DNA from: Atribacterota bacterium
GTDB taxonomy: Bacteria; Atribacterota; Phoenicimicrobiia; Phoenicimicrobiales; Stramentimicrobiaceae
Direction: 5' to 3'
DNA: 64,000 nucleotides
Assembly: GCA_040767965.1 (NCBI GenBank)
Contig: JAXGNR010000007.1
Span: 64,001-128,000, forward strand
Part shown: piece after piece, positions 29,781-40,483 of the stretch
How positions within the stretch are numbered: the stretch's first letter is position 1
Layout of the letters: each line of letters begins with the position of its first letter
Notes under the pieces: generated by a model
What the model was told of the DNA's origin: nothing
The model's input: the letters and a program-made list of their open reading frames with translations, nothing else
Database searches by the model: none
Translations under genes and position numbers: made by a program

Positions 29781-30728
29781 TTATTGGAAATATTCATCAA
29801 ATATTGGTTTCCAATCTTCATACATTTTTTCAGCAGTATTAAATGATTCTTCCGGCCCTCTGAAATTAACAACTAAATACAACTCTTTCATTTCCTGGAT
29901 AAATTCTTCATTGTTGGCTACTTCTTCGAATTTAGAAGCCAGATAATCAACTATTTCTTTGGGGGTTCCAGGAGGAGCATAATAAGATCTGGGCTGGAAA
30001 GCAATAACATCTACTCCAACCTCTCTTAAAGTCGGAACATCTGGTAAATAAGGAGATCTGGTGTCATCAAGAACTGCCAAAGGAATAGCATCACCGCTCT
30101 CAATAACTCCTCGAGCATCAGAAACAGAAGTTGTTTCAACATCTATATGTCCACCCAGCAAAGCAGCACGGGTTGCAGCACCACCATCATATGGAACCAT
30201 TTGATATTGAGCACCAGTTGCTTCCTGAACCATTAACATATTTACAGCTGATAAACCTCTTGCACCAGTTACTCCCCATCTTAACTGTCTGGGGTTCGCT
30301 TTAGCGTATTCCAGCACTTCTTCAAATGAAGTCCAGCCGGTTCCTGGATGAGTAGTAAGAACAGTATGATCCTGGACTAAGTCACAGATTGTTTCCATTT
30401 CTCTCCACAACATAACATCTGTGGCTTTTGATAAATATTGAGAAACAACATTATTAGCATTATGGGCTAAAATAATATACCCATCAGGTTTTTCTCTGTA
30501 AAGTTCCATTGCACCTATTAAACCAGATGCACCAGGGACATATATCAAAACCAGAGGTTGTTCTATTTGCATATGTTTTGCAACTGCTCTTGTTAATATG
30601 TCAGATCCACCACCAGGATTAAATGGAATAATAACTCTGATTGGTTCTTCCGGATATGCCGCTAAACCACTGATAGAAACTATCATTAACAATACAGCAA
30701 TCATTAAAATAGTAAATATTTTTTTCAT
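29781..30728 (-). CDS. tctC: TctC substrate-binding protein
   Basis: Signal peptide; YPEEPI...PFNPGGGSD, KPDGY, VPYDGG, PDVPT. Confidence 0.93.
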   Translation of the reverse strand: MKKIFTILMIAVLLMIVSISGLAAYPEEPIRVIIPFNPGGGSDILTRAVAKHMQIEQPLVLIYVPGASGLIGAMELYREKPDGYIILAHNANNVVSQYLSKATDVMLWREMETICDLVQDHTVLTTHPGTGWTSFEEVLEYAKANPRQLRWGVTGARGLSAVNMLMVQEATGAQYQMVPYDGGAATRAALLGGHIDVETTSVSDARGVIESGDAIPLAVLDDTRSPYLPDVPTLREVGVDVIAFQPRSYYAPPGTPKEIVDYLASKFEEVANNEEFIQEMKELYLVVNFRGPEESFNTAEKMYEDWKPIFDEYFQ

Positions 30729-31066
30729 TATTACTTATTAAACTCCTTTTTCAATTTTATTTTGTAATTTTTTGTATTTTATATTTAATTTCTTATTTTT
30801 AGTATTTAACACCTCCCTATTTTTTTGTTAGAAACATTTTCTCATTAATAATTCTATTATTATTTTAATAAAATATCATAAAGTATGCAAAGTTGTCTAA
30901 TGTTAAAATTAACAATCAGGAAGATAAAAATACTTAAAAATCAGCTTTTAATAATTTTACCTTCCTGATATATTTTTAATTGTTTAAAATAATCGACTCA
31001 TCATCCTCTATTAAAGATAATATTAAATTTATTTAATATCTTTTTATATTCAAGTGATTTTAATGT

Positions 31067-32032
31067 CTATTCAAAATATTTTGCATAAGCAGCTTCTAAT
31101 CTGCTGGCAACTCCATCAGCCCATTCTTTAGCTTCTTCAGGACCCATAAAGTCAACACCATAGTTGACAGCAGCCATATCAGCAATAAAGTCTTCATTCT
31201 TAGCTACTGCTTCGAATCTGGAAGCCAGATAATCAATTACTTCTTTAGGAGTTCCTGGAGGGGCAAAATATGCTCTTAATGATCCTGGAGTAATACCAAA
31301 TTCAGGAATGCCCATTTCTGTGGGGGTTGGAACTCCTTCTTTTACAAAAGGAGACTTTCTGTCACTGCTGTACAGAACCGGGATTGCATCTCCGGAACGC
31401 AGCAGTTCACGCATGTCAGAAACACTACCACTGGCTAATTCAATATGTCCTCCTAATAAAGATACACGGGCATTGGCTCCACCGTCATAAGGAACGATCT
31501 GAAAATCAAAACCATAAACATCATTTAAGGTCATGATGGCTGCTACTGCTGCTGTCCTCAATCCTTCAGTACCCCAGGAAACTTTACCAGGATTTGCTTT
31601 GGCAAATTCTGCCACATCTTCCCAGGAAGTCCAGCCGGTACCAGGATGGGTAATAACCACATTGTTATCTAATACCATATTACAGATAAATTCAAATTCT
31701 TCCCATAATTTAATATCTGTTCCGCCTGATAAATATTGACCAATTAAGTTATCAGTGTTGTGACCTAAAATAGTGTAACCATCTGGTGTTTCTCTATATA
31801 ATTCCATTGCCCCGATTTGGCCGGAGGCACCAGGAATGTAGACAGGAACTAATGGCTGGCCGTCTAAATCTAAATATTTTTCTATAGTTCTGGTCAATAA
31901 GTCAGTTCCGCCGCCTGGATTAAAAGGAACAATAGACCTGATAGGGCGTTCTGGGTATGCTGCCATAGACATTGAGGCAAAAGAAAAAACCATTATCATT
32001 ATTAAACTTAAAATAACTAAATATTTTTTCAT
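31067..32032 (-). CDS. tctC: TctC substrate-binding protein (close paralog of 21474-22439)
   Basis: Same motifs; long stretches of identical amino acids with 21474-22439. Confidence 0.93.
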   Translation of the reverse strand: MKKYLVILSLIMIMVFSFASMSMAAYPERPIRSIVPFNPGGGTDLLTRTIEKYLDLDGQPLVPVYIPGASGQIGAMELYRETPDGYTILGHNTDNLIGQYLSGGTDIKLWEEFEFICNMVLDNNVVITHPGTGWTSWEDVAEFAKANPGKVSWGTEGLRTAAVAAIMTLNDVYGFDFQIVPYDGGANARVSLLGGHIELASGSVSDMRELLRSGDAIPVLYSSDRKSPFVKEGVPTPTEMGIPEFGITPGSLRAYFAPPGTPKEVIDYLASRFEAVAKNEDFIADMAAVNYGVDFMGPEEAKEWADGVASRLEAAYAKYFE

Positions 32033-32356
32033 TTTAAAATTCCTTTCTTATCTTATATTTTTTCTTTTAAAAAAACTATTTTTATTTTTTAATCACCCCT
32101 TTTTTTAAACATTTATGGCAGAATGTAATATGGTAAGTTAATTAATATTATATACAATCCTATTCATTATGTAAAATATATCCATCGATTGATATCTGCT
32201 TACTTTATGATAATTTTTTATCTGTGAAATCAATTGTCAGTATTATAAATAACTTATCTTAGTCAATGTTAACTTTTCTTGAAAACAAGAAGCTTTGTTG
32301 ACCTAGATTTAATAAATTACATATAGACATTTTTTATATTAATGGATATTAATATA

Positions 32357-32405
32357 AAAAATGACGAAAAATTCATTCTATAATTCTGAATTTTTCGTCA
32401 TTTTT
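32357..32405 (-). terminator. Intrinsic terminator after the tctC at 32469
   Basis: AAAAATGACGAAAAATTCA...TGAATTTTTCGTCATTTTT inverted repeat. Confidence 0.7.
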
Positions 32406-32468
32406 GCTTTCTTTTTATTAATCTATAAAGTTGTTTTTAACTATATTATTAACTTATATTATTGGTTT

Positions 32469-33430
32469 TTATTCAAAATATTTCTCGTAAGCTGCCTGTA
32501 ATTTTTCAGCTAATTCCATGGCTTGAGCTTTTGCTTCTTCTGGACCTATAAAGTCAACACCATAGTTGACAGCAGCCATGTCAGCAATAAAGTCTTCATT
32601 GTTAGCAACTTCTTCGAATTTAGAAGCCAGATAATCAACTACTTCTTTAGGAGTCCCTGGAGGGGCAAAATATGCTCTTTGAGCTCCTGGAGCTAAACCA
32701 AATTCTGGAATGCCAGCTTCTTCTGGAGTCAGGACTCCTTCAACAAAAGGTGACTTTCTATTACTATAAAATAATAAAGGTATTGCATCTCCTGAACGCA
32801 GCAGTTCACGCATGTCAGAAACACTGCCGCTGGTTAATTCAATATGCCCACCCAATAAAGATATACGGGCATTTGCTCCGCCGTCATAAGGAACGATCTG
32901 GAAGTCAAAACCGTAAACATCATTAAGAGTCATGATAGCTGCAGCCTGTGGAGTTCTTAATCCTTCAGTACCCCATGCTATTTTCCCAGGATTCGCTTTG
33001 GCATATTCAACTACATCTTCCCATGAAGTCCAGCCGGTCCCGGGATGAGTAATTACTACTCCATTATCTAATACCATATTACAGATAAATTCAAATTCTT
33101 CCCATAATTTTACATCAGTTCCACCTGACAGATACTGGCCAATTAAGTTGTCAGTATTATGGCCTAAAATTGTGTAACCGTCTGGTGTTTCTCTATATAC
33201 TTCCATTGCTCCAATTTGACCGGATGCCCCTGGAATATAGACCGGGACCAATGGTTGACCATCCAAGTCAATATAGCTCTGAATGGTTCTGGTCAACAAG
33301 TCAGTTCCGCCACCTGGATTAAAAGGAACAATAGACCTGATAGGACGTTCTGGGTATGCTGCCATAGACATTGAGGCAAAAGACATTAGCAGTACAGCTA
33401 TTAAAGTTAAAGTGATTATATTTTTTTCAT
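32469..33430 (-). pseudogene. tctC: TctC substrate-binding protein gene with a 1-nt frameshift in the signal-peptide region (real lesion or sequencing error)
   Basis: SD AAGGAG + ATG at 33430 reads ATG AAA AAA ATA TAA; adding one base restores MKK(N/Y)IITLTLIAVLLMSFASMSMAAYP, collinear with paralogs; the intact frame only starts at 33386. Confidence 0.75.
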
Positions 33431-33554
33431 TTTGTTACTCCTTCTCTTGTATAATTTTTTTCTTCTTCGTTGATGCTAATTTGCTTTTTCTATTTATAAA
33501 CAATTTACGATATTTTTTATCACCTCCATTACTTATTTAATAGATATGTTTACT

Positions 33555-33583
33555 ATTATAAATGATTATGCTTTTTATATCAA
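33555..33583 (-). promoter_or_regulatory. Sigma-70 promoter for the tctC at 33430
   Basis: TTGATA-N17-TATAAT on the minus strand. Confidence 0.65.
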
Positions 33584-33603
33584 ATGCTCTGTCTTTCAAT
33601 AGT

Positions 33604-34824
33604 TTACTCGTATCTTAAAGCATCTACCGGATTCATCCTGGCAGCTTTCATAGCCGGATATAAACCAAAAAATATTCCAATAAAAAGAGCAAAGCCAAAG
33701 GCCAGGTATATTGATAGATGTGAAACAACCAAAGGCCATTTTCCGTATTGAGCTAAAAAATAAGCCACAGTCCAACCAAAACCAATTCCTATCAAACCAC
33801 CAGCGCTGCTCAAGCTTAAAGATTCCATTAAAAACTGAAATAATATATTCTTATTCTTGGCTCCTAATGCTTTACGAATACCAATTTCTCTTGTTCTTTC
33901 GGTAACCGATACCAGCATGATATTCATAATACCAATGCCTCCTACTAATAAAGAAATTGCCGCTATTCCACCCAACATAAGACTCATTGTATTGGTAACC
34001 GAGCTAACTGTGTCCAATATTTCATCCTGACTCATAATACGAAATCGCTCTTTATTCTCATCTTCTAAATACTTAACCATAAAAAATTCCATTTCTTTTA
34101 CAGCACTTGCTGCTTTTTCAGAGGAAACAGCCTGGGCAATAAATGAATCTGCATATCTTTGTGCCAGTATTCTGTCCATGGCTACAGATAAGGGTATGTA
34201 AACCCTTTCATCTAGATTTCCAGCCATTGATCCTCCTTTTTCCTGCATAATTCCAATGACTGTAAAAGTAAATGTTCTTCCGTTATAATTTATCTTAATA
34301 TCTTTTCCAAGAGGATCTTCAGTTTCAAAAAGGTCTGCTGCTAAAGCGGATCCAATTACAATTACTGGATTTCTTTCAGTATTATCTCTGGCACTTATAA
34401 AAACTCCTTTTGCGACTTCATAATTATTTACATTCATATAATCATATTCAGTTCCAATAACAGTTGTGTTTATGTTGACATCACTGGAAATAACCCTGGC
34501 ACTAAACTGCTTAACAGGGGTAACTGAAAGAAGAGAAGGGCAAAATTCTACCAGGTAATCGGCCAATTCTATTGTAAATTTCTCTTGAGAATTACCAGTG
34601 CTGATTGTTCCCCACTGACCCCTTGGTGTTCTTGGATATAAAGTAATCATATTTGAGCCAAGATTAGCAATTCGAGAGGTAACCTGCTCAGTGGAGCCGG
34701 TCCCCACTGACACAATAGCAATAACCGCACCAACCCCAATAACAATCCCGAGCATAGACAGGAAACTGCGCATTTTATTAGACCATAAACTCTCCAAGGC
34801 AATTTTTATACTTTGTAAAATCAT
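33604..34824 (-). CDS. MacB/FtsX-type ABC transporter permease
   Basis: [48 protein letters not shown]. Confidence 0.93.
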   Translation of the reverse strand: MILQSIKIALESLWSNKMRSFLSMLGIVIGVGAVIAIVSVGTGSTEQVTSRIANLGSNMITLYPRTPRGQWGTISTGNSQEKFTIELADYLVEFCPSLLSVTPVKQFSARVISSDVNINTTVIGTEYDYMNVNNYEVAKGVFISARDNTERNPVIVIGSALAADLFETEDPLGKDIKINYNGRTFTFTVIGIMQEKGGSMAGNLDERVYIPLSVAMDRILAQRYADSFIAQAVSSEKAASAVKEMEFFMVKYLEDENKERFRIMSQDEILDTVSSVTNTMSLMLGGIAAISLLVGGIGIMNIMLVSVTERTREIGIRKALGAKNKNILFQFLMESLSLSSAGGLIGIGFGWTVAYFLAQYGKWPLVVSHLSIYLAFGFALFIGIFFGLYPAMKAARMNPVDALRYE

Positions 34825-35507
34825 TCTAATACCTCATCTTTTTCAATTAACCCATCTTTTAAGCGAATAATTCGCTTAGCATAGTTAGCTATGTCAATCT
34901 CATGTGTAACCAGAATAATTGTATTACCTGCCTGATTTAAATCTTTAAATATTTCCATAATATCCAAACCGGTTTTAGAGTCTAAATTACCAGTTGGTTC
35001 ATCAGCCAGAATAATTGATGGATTGTTGATTAAAGCTCTGGCAATAGCAACTCTCTGTTTTTGTCCTCCGGAAATTTCATTGGGGCGATGGTTAATCCTA
35101 TCACCTAATCCTACTTTTTCTAAAGCTGCAATCGCTAGCTTTCTTCTTTCCTTTGGATGAACACATGAATATATCAAAGGCAATTCCACATTTCTCAGAT
35201 TGGTGATCTTGGGCAGCAGATTAAATTGCTGAAACACAAAACCTATTTTTTTGCTTCTGAATACCGCTAACTGATTATCATTTAATTGAGAAACATCCTG
35301 CTCTGATAGGATATATTCACCACTGGTAGCATAATCCAGACAACCAATTATATGCATCAAAGTGGATTTTCCTGAACCTGAAGGTCCCATAATAGATACA
35401 AACTCTCCTTCTCTGACCCCAAATGTAATACCTCGCAATGCTTCGACTAAAACTTTTTCAAGTTTATAAGTTTTAATTATCTTCTCCATTTTAATTACAA
35501 ATTCCAT
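34821..35507 (-). CDS. MacB/LolD-type ABC transporter ATP-binding protein
   Basis: [37 protein letters not shown]. Confidence 0.95.
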   Translation of the reverse strand: MEFVIKMEKIIKTYKLEKVLVEALRGITFGVREGEFVSIMGPSGSGKSTLMHIIGCLDYATSGEYILSEQDVSQLNDNQLAVFRSKKIGFVFQQFNLLPKITNLRNVELPLIYSCVHPKERRKLAIAALEKVGLGDRINHRPNEISGGQKQRVAIARALINNPSIILADEPTGNLDSKTGLDIMEIFKDLNQAGNTIILVTHEIDIANYAKRIIRLKDGLIEKDEVLE

Positions 35508-35518
35508 CAATTAACTCC

Positions 35519-36583
35519 TTAAGGCCTTATTCTGGGCATAGGTATTCCTCCAAGAGGATTTCTGGAATTTTGAGGTGGATTGTTTCTTTGATAATTGTTA
35601 ACAATAATTTTATCCCCTGTGTTCAATCCAGCTGTCACTTCCTGATAAAAACTGTCACTTATTCCTACTTTCACAGGGGTAGGAAGAATTTGGTTTTGTT
35701 CTACTTTTAGGACTACAATATCCGAATCTGTTTGTGAGATTGCTGTAATAGGTATTATCATTACATCTTCAGCTGAATCTATAATAATTTCTGCAGTAGC
35801 AGAAAAACCCGGTTTAAAATAATGAGAAACTTCATCAATCAGCAAAGTTACTGGAACAGTGACTACCCCGCTTTCTATTTTCGCATATTCAGCAACCTCT
35901 GCTACCGTACCGGTAAATTTTTGCCCTTTTAAAATATCCAATTCAATTTCTACTTTTTGTCCAACTGCAACGCTAAGGCAATCTACTTCACTAACCGATA
36001 CCTTTACCTCATAAGATGAATCATCAATAATATAAACTACATCACTGCTGCCTTCAATAAAATCTCCTTCTTCTATAAAAATATCAACAATTTTCCCAGA
36101 AAAAGGAGCTTTTAATGTTTTTGATTCATATTTATCTAATGCTACTTCCATTGTCAGTTTTGCTTCTTCAATCTGGCTGGGAGATCCGGTTATCTTTGCT
36201 AATTCATAATCATTTTTAGCTTTCAGATAATTGAGATGTTCCTGTTTGTCTTCCAGTTTAACCAATTGCTGCCCTCTTTCTACCAGCTCTCCTCTTTGTG
36301 AAAATATTCTCTCTACTGTACCGCCAGTAGTTCCAGTAGTAGCAAAGCTTAAATAGGCCTCATTCTCTGGTTTTATGTAGCCGCTTGTCGATACAGTTTT
36401 TTTTATATTGCCAGTTTTTACCTCAATAATTGCCCCTGGATCTATTTTTTCAGCATAAGCATTTTCTCTTAATCTGGATGAATTATAAATAGGTAAAACA
36501 TCTAATATTTTATCTTTATAAAAATAAATACCAGTAATTATTAATATTATTGTAAAAATAAAAATAACAGTTTTTTTTCTCAT
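35519..36583 (-). CDS. Efflux periplasmic adaptor (MacA/HlyD family)
   Basis: N-terminal TM, lipoyl-like halves (GELVERGQ...LKAPFSGKI), KPGFSATAEI, IPITAI. Confidence 0.88.
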   Translation of the reverse strand: MRKKTVIFIFTIILIITGIYFYKDKILDVLPIYNSSRLRENAYAEKIDPGAIIEVKTGNIKKTVSTSGYIKPENEAYLSFATTGTTGGTVERIFSQRGELVERGQQLVKLEDKQEHLNYLKAKNDYELAKITGSPSQIEEAKLTMEVALDKYESKTLKAPFSGKIVDIFIEEGDFIEGSSDVVYIIDDSSYEVKVSVSEVDCLSVAVGQKVEIELDILKGQKFTGTVAEVAEYAKIESGVVTVPVTLLIDEVSHYFKPGFSATAEIIIDSAEDVMIIPITAISQTDSDIVVLKVEQNQILPTPVKVGISDSFYQEVTAGLNTGDKIIVNNYQRNNPPQNSRNPLGGIPMPRIRP

Positions 36584-36868
36584 TTTTCGTTCTTCTTCTC
36601 CTCTTCTGAAAGATTAGCAATTTTGTCAATTAGTTATTTGTTTAAATAAATCGTTTCTTAAAAATAAAATAAAATGATAACAAAATAATAAATATCAGCT
36701 GTTAATTTTTTTATATATTATTTATAAGCGTTTTGCTCTTTTTTTTAAAAGTTAATTCAGTCTATTATTAAACATTTACTCACAAATAATTATAGACACA
36801 AAATATTAAAACTACTTAAAAATAATCTTAAATTTTTATAAAATTAAGATATTTTTCATTATCTCATA

Positions 36869-36915
36869 TTGACAGATGAAAATTCTCTTCTATAATTTAT
36901 TTAGTTAGCTAAATA
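36869..36915 (+). promoter_or_regulatory. Consensus sigma-70 promoter with adjacent MarR-type palindromic operator
   Basis: TTGACA(36869-74)-N16-TATAAT(36891-96), then TATTTAG-TTAG-CTAAATA (36898-36915) over the likely start site. Confidence 0.75.
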
Positions 36916-36927
36916 TCAGGTATTAGT

Positions 36928-37362
36928 ATGAGAAAAAACACAAAAAATATCCCTCGGCTTATTATGCAAATCGGACATCATTTAAAGATGCGTTTAAACT
37001 ATAATCTAAGTGAAAATAATCTTACAATTTCCCAGTTTAAAGTATTGGCTTATTTATGGGAACATGATCAACAAAAAATAAACCAAAAACAGATTTACGA
37101 TTTTATAGAAATTAAACCTTCATCTATGACTAAATTAATTAAACTATTAGAAACAAAAAATTTAATCAAAAAAGATATTGATCCGGATGATTCTAGAAAT
37201 ACTGTTATCAGTTTAACAAAAAAAGGAATGGAAATTAAGCAAATCTGTTTAGAAAACATTAAGGAATCAGAGAAAAATTTGCTAAAAGATTTTTCTCAAC
37301 AGGAAATATATACCCTTCTTTCTTTATTATTAAAGATAAAAGATAAAATAGTAATTTTCTAG
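36928..37362 (+). CDS. MarR-family transcriptional regulator
   Basis: LTISQFKVL, QKQI, SMTKLIKLLETKNLI, DPDDSR...LTKKG. Confidence 0.92.
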   Translation: MRKNTKNIPRLIMQIGHHLKMRLNYNLSENNLTISQFKVLAYLWEHDQQKINQKQIYDFIEIKPSSMTKLIKLLETKNLIKKDIDPDDSRNTVISLTKKGMEIKQICLENIKESEKNLLKDFSQQEIYTLLSLLLKIKDKIVIF

Positions 37363-37405
37363 ATATTTATTTAGTGAAAATTTATAGAAGAACAGGAATA
37401 ATCAA

Positions 37406-38806
37406 ATGGATGATAAAAGAATCAAAATTTTACGTGATGAACCACCTGTCAAGGCTATTATTTATTTAGCCTTTCCGACAATACTGGGTATGATTGTACA
37501 GGTCTTTTACAATCTCACAGATACTTTTTTTATTGGGAAACTTAATGATCCACTTCAGGTAGCAGCTATTTCTATAGCCTTTCCTATTTTTATGATGTTG
37601 ATGTCTGTCAGCGGAATGTTTGGTTTCGGAGCATCATCCTATATTTCAAGATTATTGGGTAATAAAGACTATGTTATGGCTAAAAAGACCAGCTCTACGG
37701 CCTTTTATTCTTGTTTATTTGCCAGTGTGTTCACAGCAATAATAGGTTTATTTTTTATATCTCCTATTCTAGTTTTTATCGGAGTTACCAGGGAAACATA
37801 CAATTATGCTTACGATTACCTGTTTGTTATATTCATCAGCAGCAGCGTATTGATGCTAAAATTCTTTTTTGGTAATTTGCTGAGATCCGAGGGTGCTGCA
37901 AAAATATCCATGTTTGGAATGTTTATTGGTACCGGACTTAATATTATTTTAGATCCAATTTTTATATTTGTTTTTAATTATGGAGTTACTGGTGCCGCTA
38001 TTGCCACAGTAATCGGGCAATTAGTATCCCTCATTTATTATCTTTCTTTTTATTGGCAGAAAAAAAGCATAGTTTCAATTAAATGGAAATATTTTACTCC
38101 TAAAAAGGATTTGTATCTGGAAATATTCAGAATAGGCATACCAGCATCCTTAAATAATTTTATGATAAGCATTGCTCAAACTTTAGGAAATTATGTAGCA
38201 GCAGGATATAATGATATGGTAGTAGCTGCTTTTGGAATTAACCATCGAGTTTTTTCTATGGCTATAATGATACTTATAGGACTTTCTGAAGGCACACAAC
38301 CTTTGATTGGATATAGCTATGGTGCTAAAAAAATTCCAAGACTTAATAGTATCATTAAAACAGCAGGTATTATGGCTACCTCCATTTCAATTTTCTTTTT
38401 AATTTTCTTTTATTTTTTTGCAGGAGAAATGATAAAAATTTTCATTAATAATGAACAGGTTGTTGATTACGGGATAAGAATTATGAGAGCCTTGATGATA
38501 TCATTGCCTTTTGCAGGTATTCAATTTCTTATACGGGTCAGCTTTCAATCATTAGGAAAAGGAAGACCAGCTTTGATACTGGCATTATCAAGACAGGGTC
38601 TTTTTTACATTCCTATTTTATTTCTCTTAAATTATTTCTTCGGATTTTCTGGATTCATTTATGCTCAGCCAATTGCAAATATTTTAACATTTATTCTAGC
38701 AACAGTTCTGTTTAAACAAATTAAACTGCAAATAGAAAATGAACATCAGAACTCAACTGTTGAAGCAGTTTCCCCCAAATTGGATGAATCTTTTTCTGAA
38801 GCTTAA
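37406..38806 (+). CDS. MATE-family efflux transporter (MepA-like)
   Basis: YNLTDTFFIG, NIILDPIFIF, GVTGAAIAT, QPLIGYSYGA, RQG; about 12 TMs. Confidence 0.92.
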   Translation: MDDKRIKILRDEPPVKAIIYLAFPTILGMIVQVFYNLTDTFFIGKLNDPLQVAAISIAFPIFMMLMSVSGMFGFGASSYISRLLGNKDYVMAKKTSSTAFYSCLFASVFTAIIGLFFISPILVFIGVTRETYNYAYDYLFVIFISSSVLMLKFFFGNLLRSEGAAKISMFGMFIGTGLNIILDPIFIFVFNYGVTGAAIATVIGQLVSLIYYLSFYWQKKSIVSIKWKYFTPKKDLYLEIFRIGIPASLNNFMISIAQTLGNYVAAGYNDMVVAAFGINHRVFSMAIMILIGLSEGTQPLIGYSYGAKKIPRLNSIIKTAGIMATSISIFFLIFFYFFAGEMIKIFINNEQVVDYGIRIMRALMISLPFAGIQFLIRVSFQSLGKGRPALILALSRQGLFYIPILFLLNYFFGFSGFIYAQPIANILTFILATVLFKQIKLQIENEHQNSTVEAVSPKLDESFSEA

Positions 38807-38835
38807 TATTCTTTTTCTTCTATGAATAAATACAT

Positions 38836-38882
38836 AAACAAATAAAGCACTTACATTATAAATGTAAGTGCTTTATTTGTTT
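38836..38882. terminator. Bidirectional intrinsic terminator
   Basis: AAACAAATAAAGCACTTACATT...AATGTAAGTGCTTTATTTGTTT perfect inverted repeat between convergent MATE and gdh genes. Confidence 0.8.
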
Positions 38883-38917
38883 TTTATGTCTGTATTTCAG
38901 TTTAGTAGTTTTTATCT

Positions 38918-40174
38918 TTAAGGCCAAATCCCTCTAAATCTCATTGCTTCGGCAACTTTTCCGACAGCACTAATATATGCAGCAGTACGGTTATCAATAT
39001 TTTCCTTTTGTGCAATATTTAAAACTTCATTAAAAGCTCTTTCTATTCTTTTTTTCAACCTGCGGGCAACCTTTTCTTCACTCCAGAAATAACCATTAAG
39101 ATTCTGAACCCACTCAAAATATGAAACTACAACACCACCTGAGTTGGCCAAAATATCTGGTATTACAAAAGTTCCTTTTTCTTTTAATATTTCATCTGCT
39201 TCAGGAGTTGTGGGCCCATTTGCTGCTTCAGCAATAATTCTTGCCTTAACATCATGAGCATTATTCTCATCAATAACTTCCTCCAGTGCTGCAGGAACAA
39301 GAATATCACACTCCAATTTCAATAGTTCTTCATTTGTTATCTGCTCAGTACCGTTACTGGAAAAGTCACTTACGGTCCCTGTTTCTTGTTTATGTTTAAG
39401 CAGGGCTACTGGATCCAATCCTTTTTCATTATAAACTCCACCTTTTGAATCACTGACAGCAATTACCTTTAATCCTTTTTCATGCAAAAATTTACCGACA
39501 AAAGATCCTGCATTGCCAAAACCCTGGATTACCACTGTGGCTTTTTCAGGAGAAATGCTTAACCGATCCAGAGATAATAGTATAGTTTGAACTACACTGG
39601 AAGCTGTGGCAGTTACCCTACCTTGAGAACCCCATAACTGGATAGGTTTACCGGTAACTACTGAGAAAGTCGCTTCTCCGCTTAACATATTATAGGTATC
39701 AACATACCAACTCATAACTTTTGAGTTAGTGTAAACGTCGGGAGCAGGCACATCTTTATTAGGACCAATTATAGGGGATATTTCATAAATATATCTTCTG
39801 GATAATCTTTCTAATTCCCCCTCTGACATTTCTTTAGGATTGCAGATAATTCCACCTTTTGCACCACCATAAGGTAAATCTACCACAGCACATTTCCAGG
39901 TCATCCAGGCTGATAAAGCCTTTATTTCATCAAAGCAAACCTGGGGATGATATCTTACTCCACCTTTAGCAGGACCTCGAGCAGTATTATATTGTGCTCT
40001 AAATCCCGTAAAAACCTCTATTTCTCCATTATCCATTTTAACTGGAATTGAGACAGTAAGTACTTTTTCAGTTTTACGCAATTGTTTTTTAAGGTTCTCA
40101 TCGATATTCATTCTGGATAAAGCTTTTTCTAACTGTAAATTAGCTACATCTAATGCACTTTTCTTTTTTTCCAT
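38918..40174 (-). CDS. gdhA: Glutamate dehydrogenase (Glu/Leu/Phe/Val dehydrogenase family)
   Basis: GPAKGGVRYHP, MTWKCAV, GGAKGG, DVPAPDV, VTGKP, QGFGNAG, EAANGP, NSGGVVVSYFEWVQN; ATG 40174 follows an AGGAG SD. Confidence 0.93.
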   Translation of the reverse strand: MEKKKSALDVANLQLEKALSRMNIDENLKKQLRKTEKVLTVSIPVKMDNGEIEVFTGFRAQYNTARGPAKGGVRYHPQVCFDEIKALSAWMTWKCAVVDLPYGGAKGGIICNPKEMSEGELERLSRRYIYEISPIIGPNKDVPAPDVYTNSKVMSWYVDTYNMLSGEATFSVVTGKPIQLWGSQGRVTATASSVVQTILLSLDRLSISPEKATVVIQGFGNAGSFVGKFLHEKGLKVIAVSDSKGGVYNEKGLDPVALLKHKQETGTVSDFSSNGTEQITNEELLKLECDILVPAALEEVIDENNAHDVKARIIAEAANGPTTPEADEILKEKGTFVIPDILANSGGVVVSYFEWVQNLNGYFWSEEKVARRLKKRIERAFNEVLNIAQKENIDNRTAAYISAVGKVAEAMRFRGIWP

Positions 40175-40279
40175 ACTATTCTCCTTTCTTCTGAGTGACA
40201 ATAAATTATTAATTATCATTAAGTTTATTTACAACTATCATTTTTGTAGTAGTAATTTTGTATTACTTATTACACATAC

Positions 40280-40329
40280 AAAAAGCCCGAGAGATAAATT
40301 CTTTAACAGAACCTATCTCTCGGGCTTTT
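40280..40329 (-). terminator. Riboswitch expression-platform terminator overlapping the aptamer 3' end
   Basis: Minus strand AAAAGCCCGAGAGATAGGTTCT-GTTAA-AGAATTTATCTCTCGGGCTTTTT hairpin with U-tract. Confidence 0.88.
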
Positions 40330-40455
40330 ATCCCAAAAGTGTAGCAATTAGTTATTTTGCTTGCACCGCTCGGTCCAGACTTAAACTTTTCCTTATAAGT
40401 TGTTCTATTATTATGATAAATCAAACACTAAAACGGAACCCTAGGTGCACTCCTG
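40307..40455 (-). ncRNA. ykkC-yxkD motif riboswitch aptamer, subtype 2 (ppGpp/PRPP-like), in the gdh leader
   Basis: Minus strand CAGGAGUGCACCUAGGGUUCC...GUCUGGACCGAGCGGUGCA...ACAC...GGGAUAAAAGCCCGAGAGAUAGGUUCUG carries all hallmark ykkC blocks plus a P0 pairing CAGGA/UUCUG. Confidence 0.88.
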
Positions 40456-40483
40456 CTTAAAAACTATATTATCATATCAAAAT

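Noticed and set aside
40307-40455. Calling the ykkC RNA a guanidine-I riboswitch
   Set aside because: It has a P0 pairing and the AUAGG 3' extension of subtype 2, and the downstream gene is gdh rather than an SMR exporter or guanidine carboxylase
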